From assembly GCA_031264865.1 (NCBI GenBank), contig JAISDJ010000031.1:9553-73552 (forward strand): DNA of 64,000 nt, in the 5' to 3' direction. The position numbers and the translations under genes were made by a program. The notes beneath the pieces are model-generated. The model did not search any database, had not been told where the DNA came from, and worked only from the letters and a program-made list of their open reading frames with translations. Below, in pieces: positions 10,901-19,057 of the stretch (within the stretch, counting starts at the first letter, position 1; the number at the start of each line of letters is the position of its first letter). Source of the DNA: Tannerellaceae bacterium. Its GTDB lineage: Bacteria; Bacteroidota; Bacteroidia; Bacteroidales; Tannerellaceae.

Positions 10901-11271
10901 CGGTCGGCTACTATTACTATTTCGTCGAGCGCTTGTGTATCTTCACGCATGGTAATATTCAGTCGGAATTCTTCACCTAAAGCTAAAACAATACCGGTGC
11001 GTGTTTCCTGATTATACCCGATATAGGTATAATCAACGATGTAAGGTCCTCCTATGCGGAGATTCGTAAAGGAATAACTTCCATTTGTTTGAGTAACTGT
11101 ATAATACACTGTTCCGGTAGGAGCGTGTGTTGCTTTGATATTAACTCCTATCATCGGTTCGGACAAACCGTCTGTTATTTTTCCACTCATGCTTGCGGTG
11201 GTTACCTGGGCTTCCATGGTAAAAAAGATAACCAGGAGGGAAAGCGCTGCTAAAAATAATTTTCTTCTCAT
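7924..11271 (-). CDS. Oar-like TonB-dependent receptor with N-terminal carboxypeptidase-regulatory-like domain
   Basis: Signal peptide; 'YDVRNGGFTGAGINSVTKSG' plug motif; C-terminal 'FGVKYIF'. Confidence 0.85.
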   Translation of the reverse strand: MRRKLFLAALSLLVIFFTMEAQVTTASMSGKITDGLSEPMIGVNIKATHAPTGTVYYTVTQTNGSYSFTNLRIGGPYIVDYTYIGYNQETRTGIVLALGEEFRLNITMREDTQALDEIVIVADRNGIISGNRTGAQEIITRDKMDKLPTLNRSLNDFTKLTPMSSGNNFAGISYRFNNITVDGASFNNSFGLSSSLGASGTEPISLESLEQVQVMIAPYDVRNGGFTGAGINSVTKSGSNEFHASVYTYTKSPSMMGYRIKDRIEPISEFSNHQYGLTLSGPIIKNKLFFFVNAEMDRQEEPITYTTENSVVDATVLEDLSTFLNDNLNYNPGTYNVNKKNTEADRITARLDWNINSKNTLSVKYYYLKSFNTNNPSTSGAPTNGRGPNQYAIPFSSSYYRTNNNFNIWMADLNTTINDKMSNYFKVGYSRLRDFRDMDGGFFPQVDILNGNNQAYTTFGTEANSYNNQLDTDIWQIQDNFIMNLGKHQITVGTQSDYRAFKNGFAQNYPGAWVFNSLDDFKFNVLATKDYMNSHNGSIQGFDVRKYNPADYGFAPAVTGITNSATTGSQYYTQKYTLGDTFPFAKINVFQLGLYAQDKWTVNDRLNMTLGLRVDVPFFMTDLPSNDRVASETYRDGIKIDVSKYPNAKPLFSPRFGFNYKPFEDGSLQVRGGTGLFSGTPPYVWISNQAGNNGVLFGDLSLYRNGKGTPEEFDNLAPLGFTGSFDTYKPAQGAATRADIAITDPDFKYPNLWKSNIAADYRFLDGWIATVEMLYSKDLNAIYHDNIGLYKTDQFVNDGGEGNKRPVYDGLYSNMDGNDRAANNVVMLRNTNKGYSFYTTFQLQRTFNDGIMKGLYLNGSYTVGIAKSVTDGTSSVATSAWRYRPALDSNAEELGFSAGSTSGRLLLSASYTANWSKNTSTNFGLIYQRYRPFRYSYCYNGDANGDSQSANDLIYVPRDFNEVKDHLTADGFDSQEDAWKAMNAFIEQDPYLSKHRGEYTERNGGIVPFANQLDMSIYHDFKVFQKSGRSHTLRISFDIANFLNLLNKNWGVQQTTISGSASSPQYQFLQVKQSPNKNNNYTLKYAMNNSLTETFQDYTEKASRWQMQFGVKYIF

Positions 11272-11307
11272 GATACGTTGTAGTTTTTTTTATTTAATAT
11301 AGTGTTG

Positions 11308-13308
11308 TTAACTTTTTTTGTCACGCAGTTTGCCGGCAATGTCCTGATGATGTTGGGCTAATTCATTTTCACCAAGGTAGCGATATGCTTCAGCTAAATA
11401 TGCGTGAGCAGAGGCATGTTCCGGTTTTATAGTCGTTGCTTTTTCCAGATCGCCTACAGCTTCTTCATAATATTTAAGCAAGATATGACATTTGCCACGG
11501 TTATAACGTGCTTTAAAAGAAGTAGGGCTTAATCCGACAGCTTTGTTAAAACAAATTTGCGCCGCATAATTATCTTCTAAATCCAATAAGGTTACCCCTT
11601 TTCTTATCCAGGCATCTGTAAAATCAGGACATAGCTTTAAAGCTTTATCAAAATTACGTATGGCAGCGTTAGGGTCTTTTGCTTTTGTTATACATTCATT
11701 ACCCATAAGATAATATTCCCGGGCATATTCCATTTGCATCTCTTTTTGTTTATAAAGTTCATCGCGCAGCTTCTTTATCTGTTGCTGTTGCGTATTGATG
11801 CGTTGTAGTTTGAAACGGACTAATCGTTGCGCTAATGGGTTTGTCAGGTCATTCCGCTTTCCTATAGCAGCTACAAAATTTTCTACGGCTCCTTTTGTGT
11901 CTCCTTTATCGAACGCATGAATAGATTGTGCATATAACAGTTCAGCTTCACTTTCCCGTAAAGCAGCCTCGATTAACCTTTGATCATTAAATTCCTGACT
12001 AAAAGCAACAATTTCTTTCCTTACAAAAATATCCCGCATAGTTATTTTCCCCTTCAATACCAATCCCTCTAATGCAGTACATCGGCTTAATGCTACATAG
12101 GTTTGTCCGCCGGCAAAAACGCCTCCAGTTAAATCTACTACTACACGGTTGAACGTTAATCCCTGACTTTTATGAACCGTAATTGCCCAAGCCAAACGGA
12201 TCGGTAATTGTTGGAAACTACCCATGATTTCTTCCTCTATCCGCTTTTCTTTCTCGTTGTATTTATATTTATAATTTCGCCAGGAAGTTGGTTCTATCAA
12301 ATATTCTTTTCCATTTTCCAGCAAGGCGAAGACATGGCCGTCTTCGTCAATTCCGGATATGATACCGATTGTTCCGTTTACCCAACGACGCTCAGGGTCA
12401 TTGTCAATAAAAATAACCTGAGCTTGCTCTTTAATAGACAAATGCAATTGAGTTGGTAAAGATGATTCCGGAAAGTCTCCTTCAATAATGCCTTCACAGA
12501 TATATTCTTCTCCGGGAAGTTCGGATAATTTCTTATCATTGATGTAATCTACCTGGTCGCGCCGAGTAGCCAACGTGATATACATATCCTCGTTTTTAGG
12601 CGAAAAAGAAGGAAAATAACGGGCATTCAGTATAGCGAGCTCCTGATTATGTGCTGTATTGCTCCGTATCTGGTCTAATATATTGATAAATACCGGGTCG
12701 GTTTGGCGATACGCTTTTTGCAATTCTATCGGAACCAGATTGATCTCTTTGAATACACGAGCGGAAAAGAAAAACGGACTGGCGTAAAAAAGACTGAGTA
12801 TTTCTTTTTGATCGGGAGGAACAACAGGCTCTAATTGAAATATATCTCCTACAAAAAGGAGTTGTTTTCCTCCAAAAGGCAAGCGCATATTGCCGGAAAA
12901 TACCCGTAAGATACGATCAATGCAATCAATAGTATCAGCTCGTACCATGGATATTTCATCAATGATAATCAATTCTACTTCCGAAAGAAGTTTGCGATGT
13001 GATTTCTTATATTTGAAAAAATCAAAAATCCGCTTGTCTTTCAAACTTAAATCCGAATCGTCGGGTAACATAGGACGAAATGGAAGTTTAAAAAACGAAT
13101 GTAAAGTAACTCCTTCAGCATTGATAGCAGCAATACCGGTAGGAGCTAATACTACATGCTTCTTTTTTGTATGTTTACAGATATATTTTAAAAAAGTAGA
13201 TTTACCGGTTCCAGCCTTTCCTGTAAGAAATACCGATTGACGTGTATATGTAATTAGTTGCAGAGCATCCTGAAACTCTTTGTTGTCCGTGTCAAGTTGG
13301 AATTCCAA
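11308..13308 (-). CDS. PIF1/RecD-like SF1B helicase with C-terminal TPR repeats
   Basis: 'GKAGTGKST', 'IIIDEISM', 'GDIFQL', 'HKSQGLTF', 'YVALSRC'; TPR-like helices; TTG start. Confidence 0.88.
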   Translation of the reverse strand: MEFQLDTDNKEFQDALQLITYTRQSVFLTGKAGTGKSTFLKYICKHTKKKHVVLAPTGIAAINAEGVTLHSFFKLPFRPMLPDDSDLSLKDKRIFDFFKYKKSHRKLLSEVELIIIDEISMVRADTIDCIDRILRVFSGNMRLPFGGKQLLFVGDIFQLEPVVPPDQKEILSLFYASPFFFSARVFKEINLVPIELQKAYRQTDPVFINILDQIRSNTAHNQELAILNARYFPSFSPKNEDMYITLATRRDQVDYINDKKLSELPGEEYICEGIIEGDFPESSLPTQLHLSIKEQAQVIFIDNDPERRWVNGTIGIISGIDEDGHVFALLENGKEYLIEPTSWRNYKYKYNEKEKRIEEEIMGSFQQLPIRLAWAITVHKSQGLTFNRVVVDLTGGVFAGGQTYVALSRCTALEGLVLKGKITMRDIFVRKEIVAFSQEFNDQRLIEAALRESEAELLYAQSIHAFDKGDTKGAVENFVAAIGKRNDLTNPLAQRLVRFKLQRINTQQQQIKKLRDELYKQKEMQMEYAREYYLMGNECITKAKDPNAAIRNFDKALKLCPDFTDAWIRKGVTLLDLEDNYAAQICFNKAVGLSPTSFKARYNRGKCHILLKYYEEAVGDLEKATTIKPEHASAHAYLAEAYRYLGENELAQHHQDIAGKLRDKKS

Positions 13309-13320
13309 GGGAAAGTTAAC

Positions 13321-14235
13321 TTAAGGATTTACATATATCCAAGCATCGGCGTATTTAGGATTTTTACGGAGCTTAGCCATATAAGCATCTGCTTTCTCCC
13401 GGCTGGAGAATTTATCTGCATAAACACGGATTTTATTTTCACCCGTTAATTTATTGGCTCTCTTGAATACCGAACGATCCATACCAGCAAGGTATACATT
13501 GGCTTGGCTATTTGTATTTACGCTGCTTACAATTACATAATACGTCGGCATATTGTTTGACGCTTGTATACCCATACTAGGTTTTGAGGAAATTAGGGTT
13601 GAAGCGGAAACTATTTCGACAGGAATAAAACTGGCGGTATACGCTTGGGTATCTATATCTTTTACGGGAGTAGATATAATCAGAAACAAAGTAATAGCCG
13701 CCGCCACGGATGCAATCCCGCGAAGTATTTTCCGGTTGACAGGAATGTAAAATATATCTCTCCGTGCTTTTTTTTCGTCTGCAAGAAGAGCTTCTTCCTC
13801 TTCGCGTTGTAAGGTATGTAATGTTTTCAAATGAAAAGAGGTCAACCCATAAGATTCCGTACTGAACGGATTCGTCTCATTCGACCGGAAAATGATCTCT
13901 CCTTCTCTCCCGTTACGGAATGTACCGATAGCACCTAACGAAACAGTCATCCCATTATGCAGAATTTCTTTTATTTCGTTCACGTCATCTTCGAGCATAC
14001 GATAAGCACGCTGGTAATCGACGCTATATTTTGTTATATAAGATTCTACCAGCAAACCATCATTATGCCTTATCGTTGGATTAAATGTAATTTCCTTATG
14101 CATCGGATGAAATGAATGATCATTCATGCGATATGAAGCGGAAACTGTTTGTAATACAAAGCCTCCAAGCCGTGGTACAGTTACAAAGTCCTGTACCATC
14201 AATAATCTTTCAAGATGCGATACAATCCTTAACAT
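13321..14235 (-). CDS. HU-CCDC81-domain, single-TM, SPOR-domain protein
   Basis: 'VTVPRLGGFV' and 'VSLGAIGTF' HU-like repeats; TM 'GIASVAAAITLFLII'; C-terminal SPOR-like 'YYVIVSS...DAWIY'. Confidence 0.75.
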   Translation of the reverse strand: MLRIVSHLERLLMVQDFVTVPRLGGFVLQTVSASYRMNDHSFHPMHKEITFNPTIRHNDGLLVESYITKYSVDYQRAYRMLEDDVNEIKEILHNGMTVSLGAIGTFRNGREGEIIFRSNETNPFSTESYGLTSFHLKTLHTLQREEEEALLADEKKARRDIFYIPVNRKILRGIASVAAAITLFLIISTPVKDIDTQAYTASFIPVEIVSASTLISSKPSMGIQASNNMPTYYVIVSSVNTNSQANVYLAGMDRSVFKRANKLTGENKIRVYADKFSSREKADAYMAKLRKNPKYADAWIYVNP

Positions 14236-14239
14236 ATGG

Positions 14240-14247
14240 CAAATATA
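14240..14247 (-). promoter_or_regulatory. Bacteroidetes sigma-A -7 element
   Basis: TATATTTG, 4 nt before the ATG at 14235. Confidence 0.55.
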
Positions 14248-14325
14248 GAATTTAATATTAGAATAACAATACCGAAAGGTAAAAATTTTATCTATAAATT
14301 ACCTTTAATGGTGGTTTTCATAAAA

Positions 14326-17247
14326 CTAATTGTAAAGACTATCTTTCTTTACACGGATTACTTTTCCGAACTCAAACAACTTGTTCATATCTACTTTCTT
14401 TGAGTTACCCACAATCATATAAACTACGGTACGGCTATTTATATTATCCTCATAAAAGCGAACGACATCATTCATAGACATTTTCGATAAATTGTCTATC
14501 AGGGTTTCATTCGGGTCGGATTCATATCCTTCATTTATTAAAGAAGCGATTTTTCCCGGAATTTTTCTGAAAGCAGGATAGTTATTACCGGATTGGTTAA
14601 TCAGTGCTTGCTTTACGGCAGGCAATCGTTCCGGTTTAACAGGCATTTCATTGATAAGTTGATCCAAAACGGTAAGAGCATCTATTGTCTTGTCATTTTG
14701 TGTAGAAAGCATAGCTGTAAACTCGCCCGGTTTTTCTTTATGATTTAAAGGCAGGAGAGAAAAGCTACCGCTCGTCCGGTAGGCAAATGAGCGGAATTCA
14801 CGTATTTCCTGAAACATTAAAGAAGACATATCTCCACCGAAATAGCCGGAGAAAAGTTTGGCAGCGTCACGCGAAGATTCATCTTTAACGGAATCACCCA
14901 ATACATAGGCATAAATAATGCTTTGTGAGGCATCCGGCATATCACAGAAATAAACGAGAGGTTCGGCATATTCCTTTTTCGGACGATAAACAGGCGCTTT
15001 GGATTTGATTACTACATGGCTAAGATTCAACTGTTCTTTGATATAATTACCAACCGTTTCAACAGGAAGAGTACCACAGTAGTATAAATCACATTGTACC
15101 TTTTGTGCATTTTTGAAAACAGCTAATAAATCTTCTCCTTTCATTTTTTTAATGTCGGAAAGGGAAAGCTTATTCAAATAACTTGACTTCTTACCGTACT
15201 TGATTTTTTCAAGTAAAGCAAGCGCTACATTATCTGTCGATTTAGAAAAGGTTTTTTTTATCACTTTTTCTTCATCAGCTAGTTGCTTAATTTTTTTATT
15301 ATCGGCTTTCACATGCTGCATAAAAGAAGAGACAAGCGCCAATGTTTCATTGAAATTGGCATCGAATCCACTTATTTTGATAATAAACCGATCATCGTCC
15401 GCATCAAAAGAAAGCGTACTTCCTAATGTTTGTAATTTCCCGCGAAAATCATCAAAAGACAACTCGTCTGTTCCCAAAAGAGGAAGATAACTTGTTAATT
15501 GAATCAATTCCGGTTTTTCTATTTTACCGATACCGAAAGACAGGTCTAATGAGAAAATATCATTGACGGGATTTGCAGACGCATATAGTTTAACAAGCGG
15601 TGAAAGAGGAAGTATCTTTACATCCTGTTCGAAATCGAGGAAACGAGGCGTTATTTCCTTAACCGGCAATTGTTCCAAACGGTTGGCATAGGCTGAAGAT
15701 GCTTCCATATTTTTGGGAATGATCGGCTGGAAATTGGGCTTAGGCAGATTATCTTTCGGGTATTTTCCGGTTTTCTTTGTAACATACAAATAGTTGTCTG
15801 TAAAGTAGCTGTTAGCAACCCTTACAATATCATCCTTTGTCAGCGCATTGATATGTTCTATTTCTTCTAAATAACGATCCCATGATTTTCCTTGCGAAAA
15901 TAATGTTATCATTGCTTCTGAGCGGGAATTAATATCTTCCAGTTTGGATACATGTTTACGTTTTTGTTCTAATTTCAGGCTGTTGAATACATCTTCACTG
16001 AAATCTCCATTCTTAATTCTTTTAACCTCATTTAAGACCAATTCTTTAGCGTTTGCCAAAGATTGAAAAACAAGCTTGGGCACAGCTATAACTCCTAATA
16101 TGCCGGCGTCATTAAAACTTTCATTGATTGTCATGGCAGCCATCAGCTTTCTGTTTACCATTAACTTATCAAGGTATCCGGTACCATTTGAATTATTAAG
16201 CAAGCCAATAACAATATTCAATGCAACCTGATCCGGATGATTGGCCGGAACACCACGAAAGGCAAAGCCGGCAGCACTGATCAAAGGAATAGGAAAACGG
16301 ACGGAGAATTTTTCTTCTCCGTTGAAAGGCGGTATCTTTACGGGTTCTTTTGCAGGGATTTCTCCTTTAGGTATACGGGAAAAAGCAGTTTCAAGAATAG
16401 AGAGTGTTGTTTCAGAGTCGAAATCACCGCTAAGAATCAGTCCCATGTTAGATGCCACATAATATTCCTTGAAGAATTTCATCATCTCCGAAAGCTGTGG
16501 ATTCTTTAAATGCTCTGCACTGCCTAATATCGAATAAACATAGGGGTGAGGTTGGAAAAAGCGTTCCATAAACTTTTCCATTGCGTCCCATCCCGTGGCA
16601 TCGCGATACATATTTTTCTCTTCATAAACGGTTTCCAATTCGCTTTGGAACATCCTGAACACAGGATTTAGGAGCCTTTCACTGTTAAGCTCAGCCCACT
16701 GGGCGATGTATTTAGGAGAGAAAGTATTCAGATAAACCGTATAGTCATAAGATGTACCGGCATTTAAACGTGTCCCTCCGTATTTGGATATCAAATGATT
16801 AAACTCATTAGGAATCACATAATCGGAGGCTTTTATACTTAATTCATGAATCTCTTTCTGGATATTCAGACGCGCTTTGGCATCTGTAGTAGAGGCTAAC
16901 TCATCATACTTAATAGCAATGGAATCGAGCAGCATTTTTTCGGCAGCATAATCCGTTGTACCTATCTTATCCGTCCCTTTAAACATCATATGTTCAAAAT
17001 AATGGGCTATGCCGGTGTTAGGAGTGTCTTTTGCTCCGGCTTTTACCACAACGGCTCCAAATATTTTAGGTTGGCTATGGTCTTCATTTAACCATACAGT
17101 CATTCCATTACTTAATTTGTGTTCTTTTACCTGGAGTGATTCGGATAATTGTTCAGATAAGATATTTGTACTAAATGAGAATAGCGCCACGATTATTAAA
17201 AGTTTCATGAAAAAACAAATCAATTTTTGAATGACAAAGATATTCAA
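14326..17247 (-). CDS. M16 family (insulinase-like) zinc peptidase
   Basis: 'HYFEHMMFKGT' HxxEH motif; 'IREFRSFAY'; signal peptide; true start may be the second Met. Confidence 0.9.
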   Translation of the reverse strand: MNIFVIQKLICFFMKLLIIVALFSFSTNILSEQLSESLQVKEHKLSNGMTVWLNEDHSQPKIFGAVVVKAGAKDTPNTGIAHYFEHMMFKGTDKIGTTDYAAEKMLLDSIAIKYDELASTTDAKARLNIQKEIHELSIKASDYVIPNEFNHLISKYGGTRLNAGTSYDYTVYLNTFSPKYIAQWAELNSERLLNPVFRMFQSELETVYEEKNMYRDATGWDAMEKFMERFFQPHPYVYSILGSAEHLKNPQLSEMMKFFKEYYVASNMGLILSGDFDSETTLSILETAFSRIPKGEIPAKEPVKIPPFNGEEKFSVRFPIPLISAAGFAFRGVPANHPDQVALNIVIGLLNNSNGTGYLDKLMVNRKLMAAMTINESFNDAGILGVIAVPKLVFQSLANAKELVLNEVKRIKNGDFSEDVFNSLKLEQKRKHVSKLEDINSRSEAMITLFSQGKSWDRYLEEIEHINALTKDDIVRVANSYFTDNYLYVTKKTGKYPKDNLPKPNFQPIIPKNMEASSAYANRLEQLPVKEITPRFLDFEQDVKILPLSPLVKLYASANPVNDIFSLDLSFGIGKIEKPELIQLTSYLPLLGTDELSFDDFRGKLQTLGSTLSFDADDDRFIIKISGFDANFNETLALVSSFMQHVKADNKKIKQLADEEKVIKKTFSKSTDNVALALLEKIKYGKKSSYLNKLSLSDIKKMKGEDLLAVFKNAQKVQCDLYYCGTLPVETVGNYIKEQLNLSHVVIKSKAPVYRPKKEYAEPLVYFCDMPDASQSIIYAYVLGDSVKDESSRDAAKLFSGYFGGDMSSLMFQEIREFRSFAYRTSGSFSLLPLNHKEKPGEFTAMLSTQNDKTIDALTVLDQLINEMPVKPERLPAVKQALINQSGNNYPAFRKIPGKIASLINEGYESDPNETLIDNLSKMSMNDVVRFYEDNINSRTVVYMIVGNSKKVDMNKLFEFGKVIRVKKDSLYN

Positions 17248-17420
17248 TTATTTTAGTCTGAAAAGAGAAAAAACGCTTGAATTAACAAAATCTTTTACAT
17301 TTCCTATATATATTACCTTCTTTTTCGGGAAAGTTCTTGTGGAATTCGTAAAATGGTCCCATCGTTTTATTAACTGAATGGGTGAATAAGTAATCGTTCG
17401 GTTATTTCTTTTTCATTATC

Positions 17421-17498
17421 TCACCCAGGTGGTACATCTATTTCACCTAGGTGGTATAATTGTCTCACCTAGGTGGTATACGTGTACCACCTGGGTGG
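17421..17498. repeat. Four units with 22-bp period and palindromic core CACCYRGGTGG; outer units form a 15-bp inverted repeat
   Basis: Units at 17421, 17443, 17465, 17487; cacccaggtggtaca (17422-17436) / tgtaccacctgggtg (17483-17497). Confidence 0.9.
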
Positions 17499-17591
17499 AA
17501 AGATAAAAAGCGTATCATAAAAACACGAAATATATGCGATCCAATCAAGAATAGTTTTAAACGAACCGTAAGATGTTGGTACCCGATGTTT

Positions 17592-18911
17592 TTACCAAAT
17601 GAATTGAACGATTAATAAACCAAGCCCCACAGAAGTAATTGTTGCAATTAATCCCGGAATCATAAAGGAATGGTTTAGTATATATTTTCCGATATGCGTG
17701 GTACCTGTCCGGTCGAAATTGATGGCGGCTACAATCGTAGGATAGTTTGGAATAAAGAAATATCCGTTTACCGCCGGAAAAAGAGCTATTAATATATGAG
17801 GAGATATACCCAAAGCAATGCCTAAAGGAAATAAAGCTCTTATCGTGGCAGCCTGACTGAATAGCAAAATAGACATAAAGAATAAGGCCAATCCAAATAA
17901 CCAGGGCATCTCCGTTACAAAACTTTCTATCGAACCTTTCAACTCTGCCATATTGCCGGCAATAAAAGTATCACCCATCCAAGCAATACCAAAAATAGCA
18001 ACGACAGCTTGCATACCCGCCGTAAATACGGAACCTTGCGTTGCCTTTAAACCGTCAGTCTTGGTGATTAATAAAATAAGAGCGGCTGCAGAAAGCATCA
18101 ATATCTCAATGATAGAAGCCATATTCAACGGGGTGGCCTTTCCGTCTACCATAAAAAGCGGACGGAGCGACTCGATAGAACCAAATAAAATAATGCCGGC
18201 AGTAGCAATCATAAACAGAATGATGGAAAGTAGGGCCGAACGCTTGTTTTTTACATCGGTACTTTTATGACGTGTATGATTAAATTCTCCCGAAGCGAGG
18301 CGGCGCTTATATTCAGGGTCGTCTATTAATTCTTTCCCTACATGCATCGAATAGAATGCGCCGGCCAATACGCCTAGTAAAGTGCAAGGTATTGTTACTA
18401 CCAATATATCTATGAGTGTTATATTGAAACCGTTATCTCCCAACATACTGAGTAAGGCTACCGTAGCGGCCGAAATCGGACTGGCAGTGATAGCCTGTTG
18501 AGAAGCAATTACAGCTATACCTAAAGGACGTTCGGGACGTATGTTGGTTTCTGTAGCTACTTCCGAGATGACAGGTAATACGGAGTAAGCTACATGTCCG
18601 GTCCCGGCGATAAACGTAAAGAAGTAAGTTACCAACGGACTTAAGAGCGTAATTTTTTGCGGATTTTTACGTAGTAATTTTTCTGCCATTTTCACCATCA
18701 GGTCTAATCCTCCTGCTGCTTGCATACATCCTGCCGCCGCAATAACAGCAACAATCATTAACATCACGTCGATAGGCGGAGAAGTAGGTTCCAGTCCAAA
18801 ACCAAAAGTAAGTATAGCTAACCCCATTCCTCCGAGTACACCTAATCCTATACCTCCCAACCGAGCGCCCACGATGATGGCTATCAAAACAAAAGTTAAT
18901 TGTATCAGCAT
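17592..18911 (-). CDS. dcuA: Anaerobic C4-dicarboxylate transporter (DcuA/DcuB family)
   Basis: 'GARLGGIGLG', 'GTGHVAYSVLPVI', 'RPERP', 'GTTHIGKYILNHSF'. Confidence 0.9.
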   Translation of the reverse strand: MLIQLTFVLIAIIVGARLGGIGLGVLGGMGLAILTFGFGLEPTSPPIDVMLMIVAVIAAAGCMQAAGGLDLMVKMAEKLLRKNPQKITLLSPLVTYFFTFIAGTGHVAYSVLPVISEVATETNIRPERPLGIAVIASQQAITASPISAATVALLSMLGDNGFNITLIDILVVTIPCTLLGVLAGAFYSMHVGKELIDDPEYKRRLASGEFNHTRHKSTDVKNKRSALLSIILFMIATAGIILFGSIESLRPLFMVDGKATPLNMASIIEILMLSAAALILLITKTDGLKATQGSVFTAGMQAVVAIFGIAWMGDTFIAGNMAELKGSIESFVTEMPWLFGLALFFMSILLFSQAATIRALFPLGIALGISPHILIALFPAVNGYFFIPNYPTIVAAINFDRTGTTHIGKYILNHSFMIPGLIATITSVGLGLLIVQFIW

Positions 18912-19057
18912 TGTAATAGATCAATTTATAGATAATTGATTTAGTTGCAAATGTACATTATTTATATAACACAGATTCTTTCGAAAGTGTTTACTATAAC
19001 AAATAACTAATTTTAGCAGAGGAAAAAAATAATGTTTTTATATCTTTGTCGTTTAAT

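Noticed and set aside
11308-13308. Anti-phage defence helicase
   Set aside because: No nuclease or effector partner and no defence-island context
17421-17498. CRISPR array
   Set aside because: Period is only 22 bp with linkers under about 10 nt, and there are no cas genes; the same applies to the array at 62162
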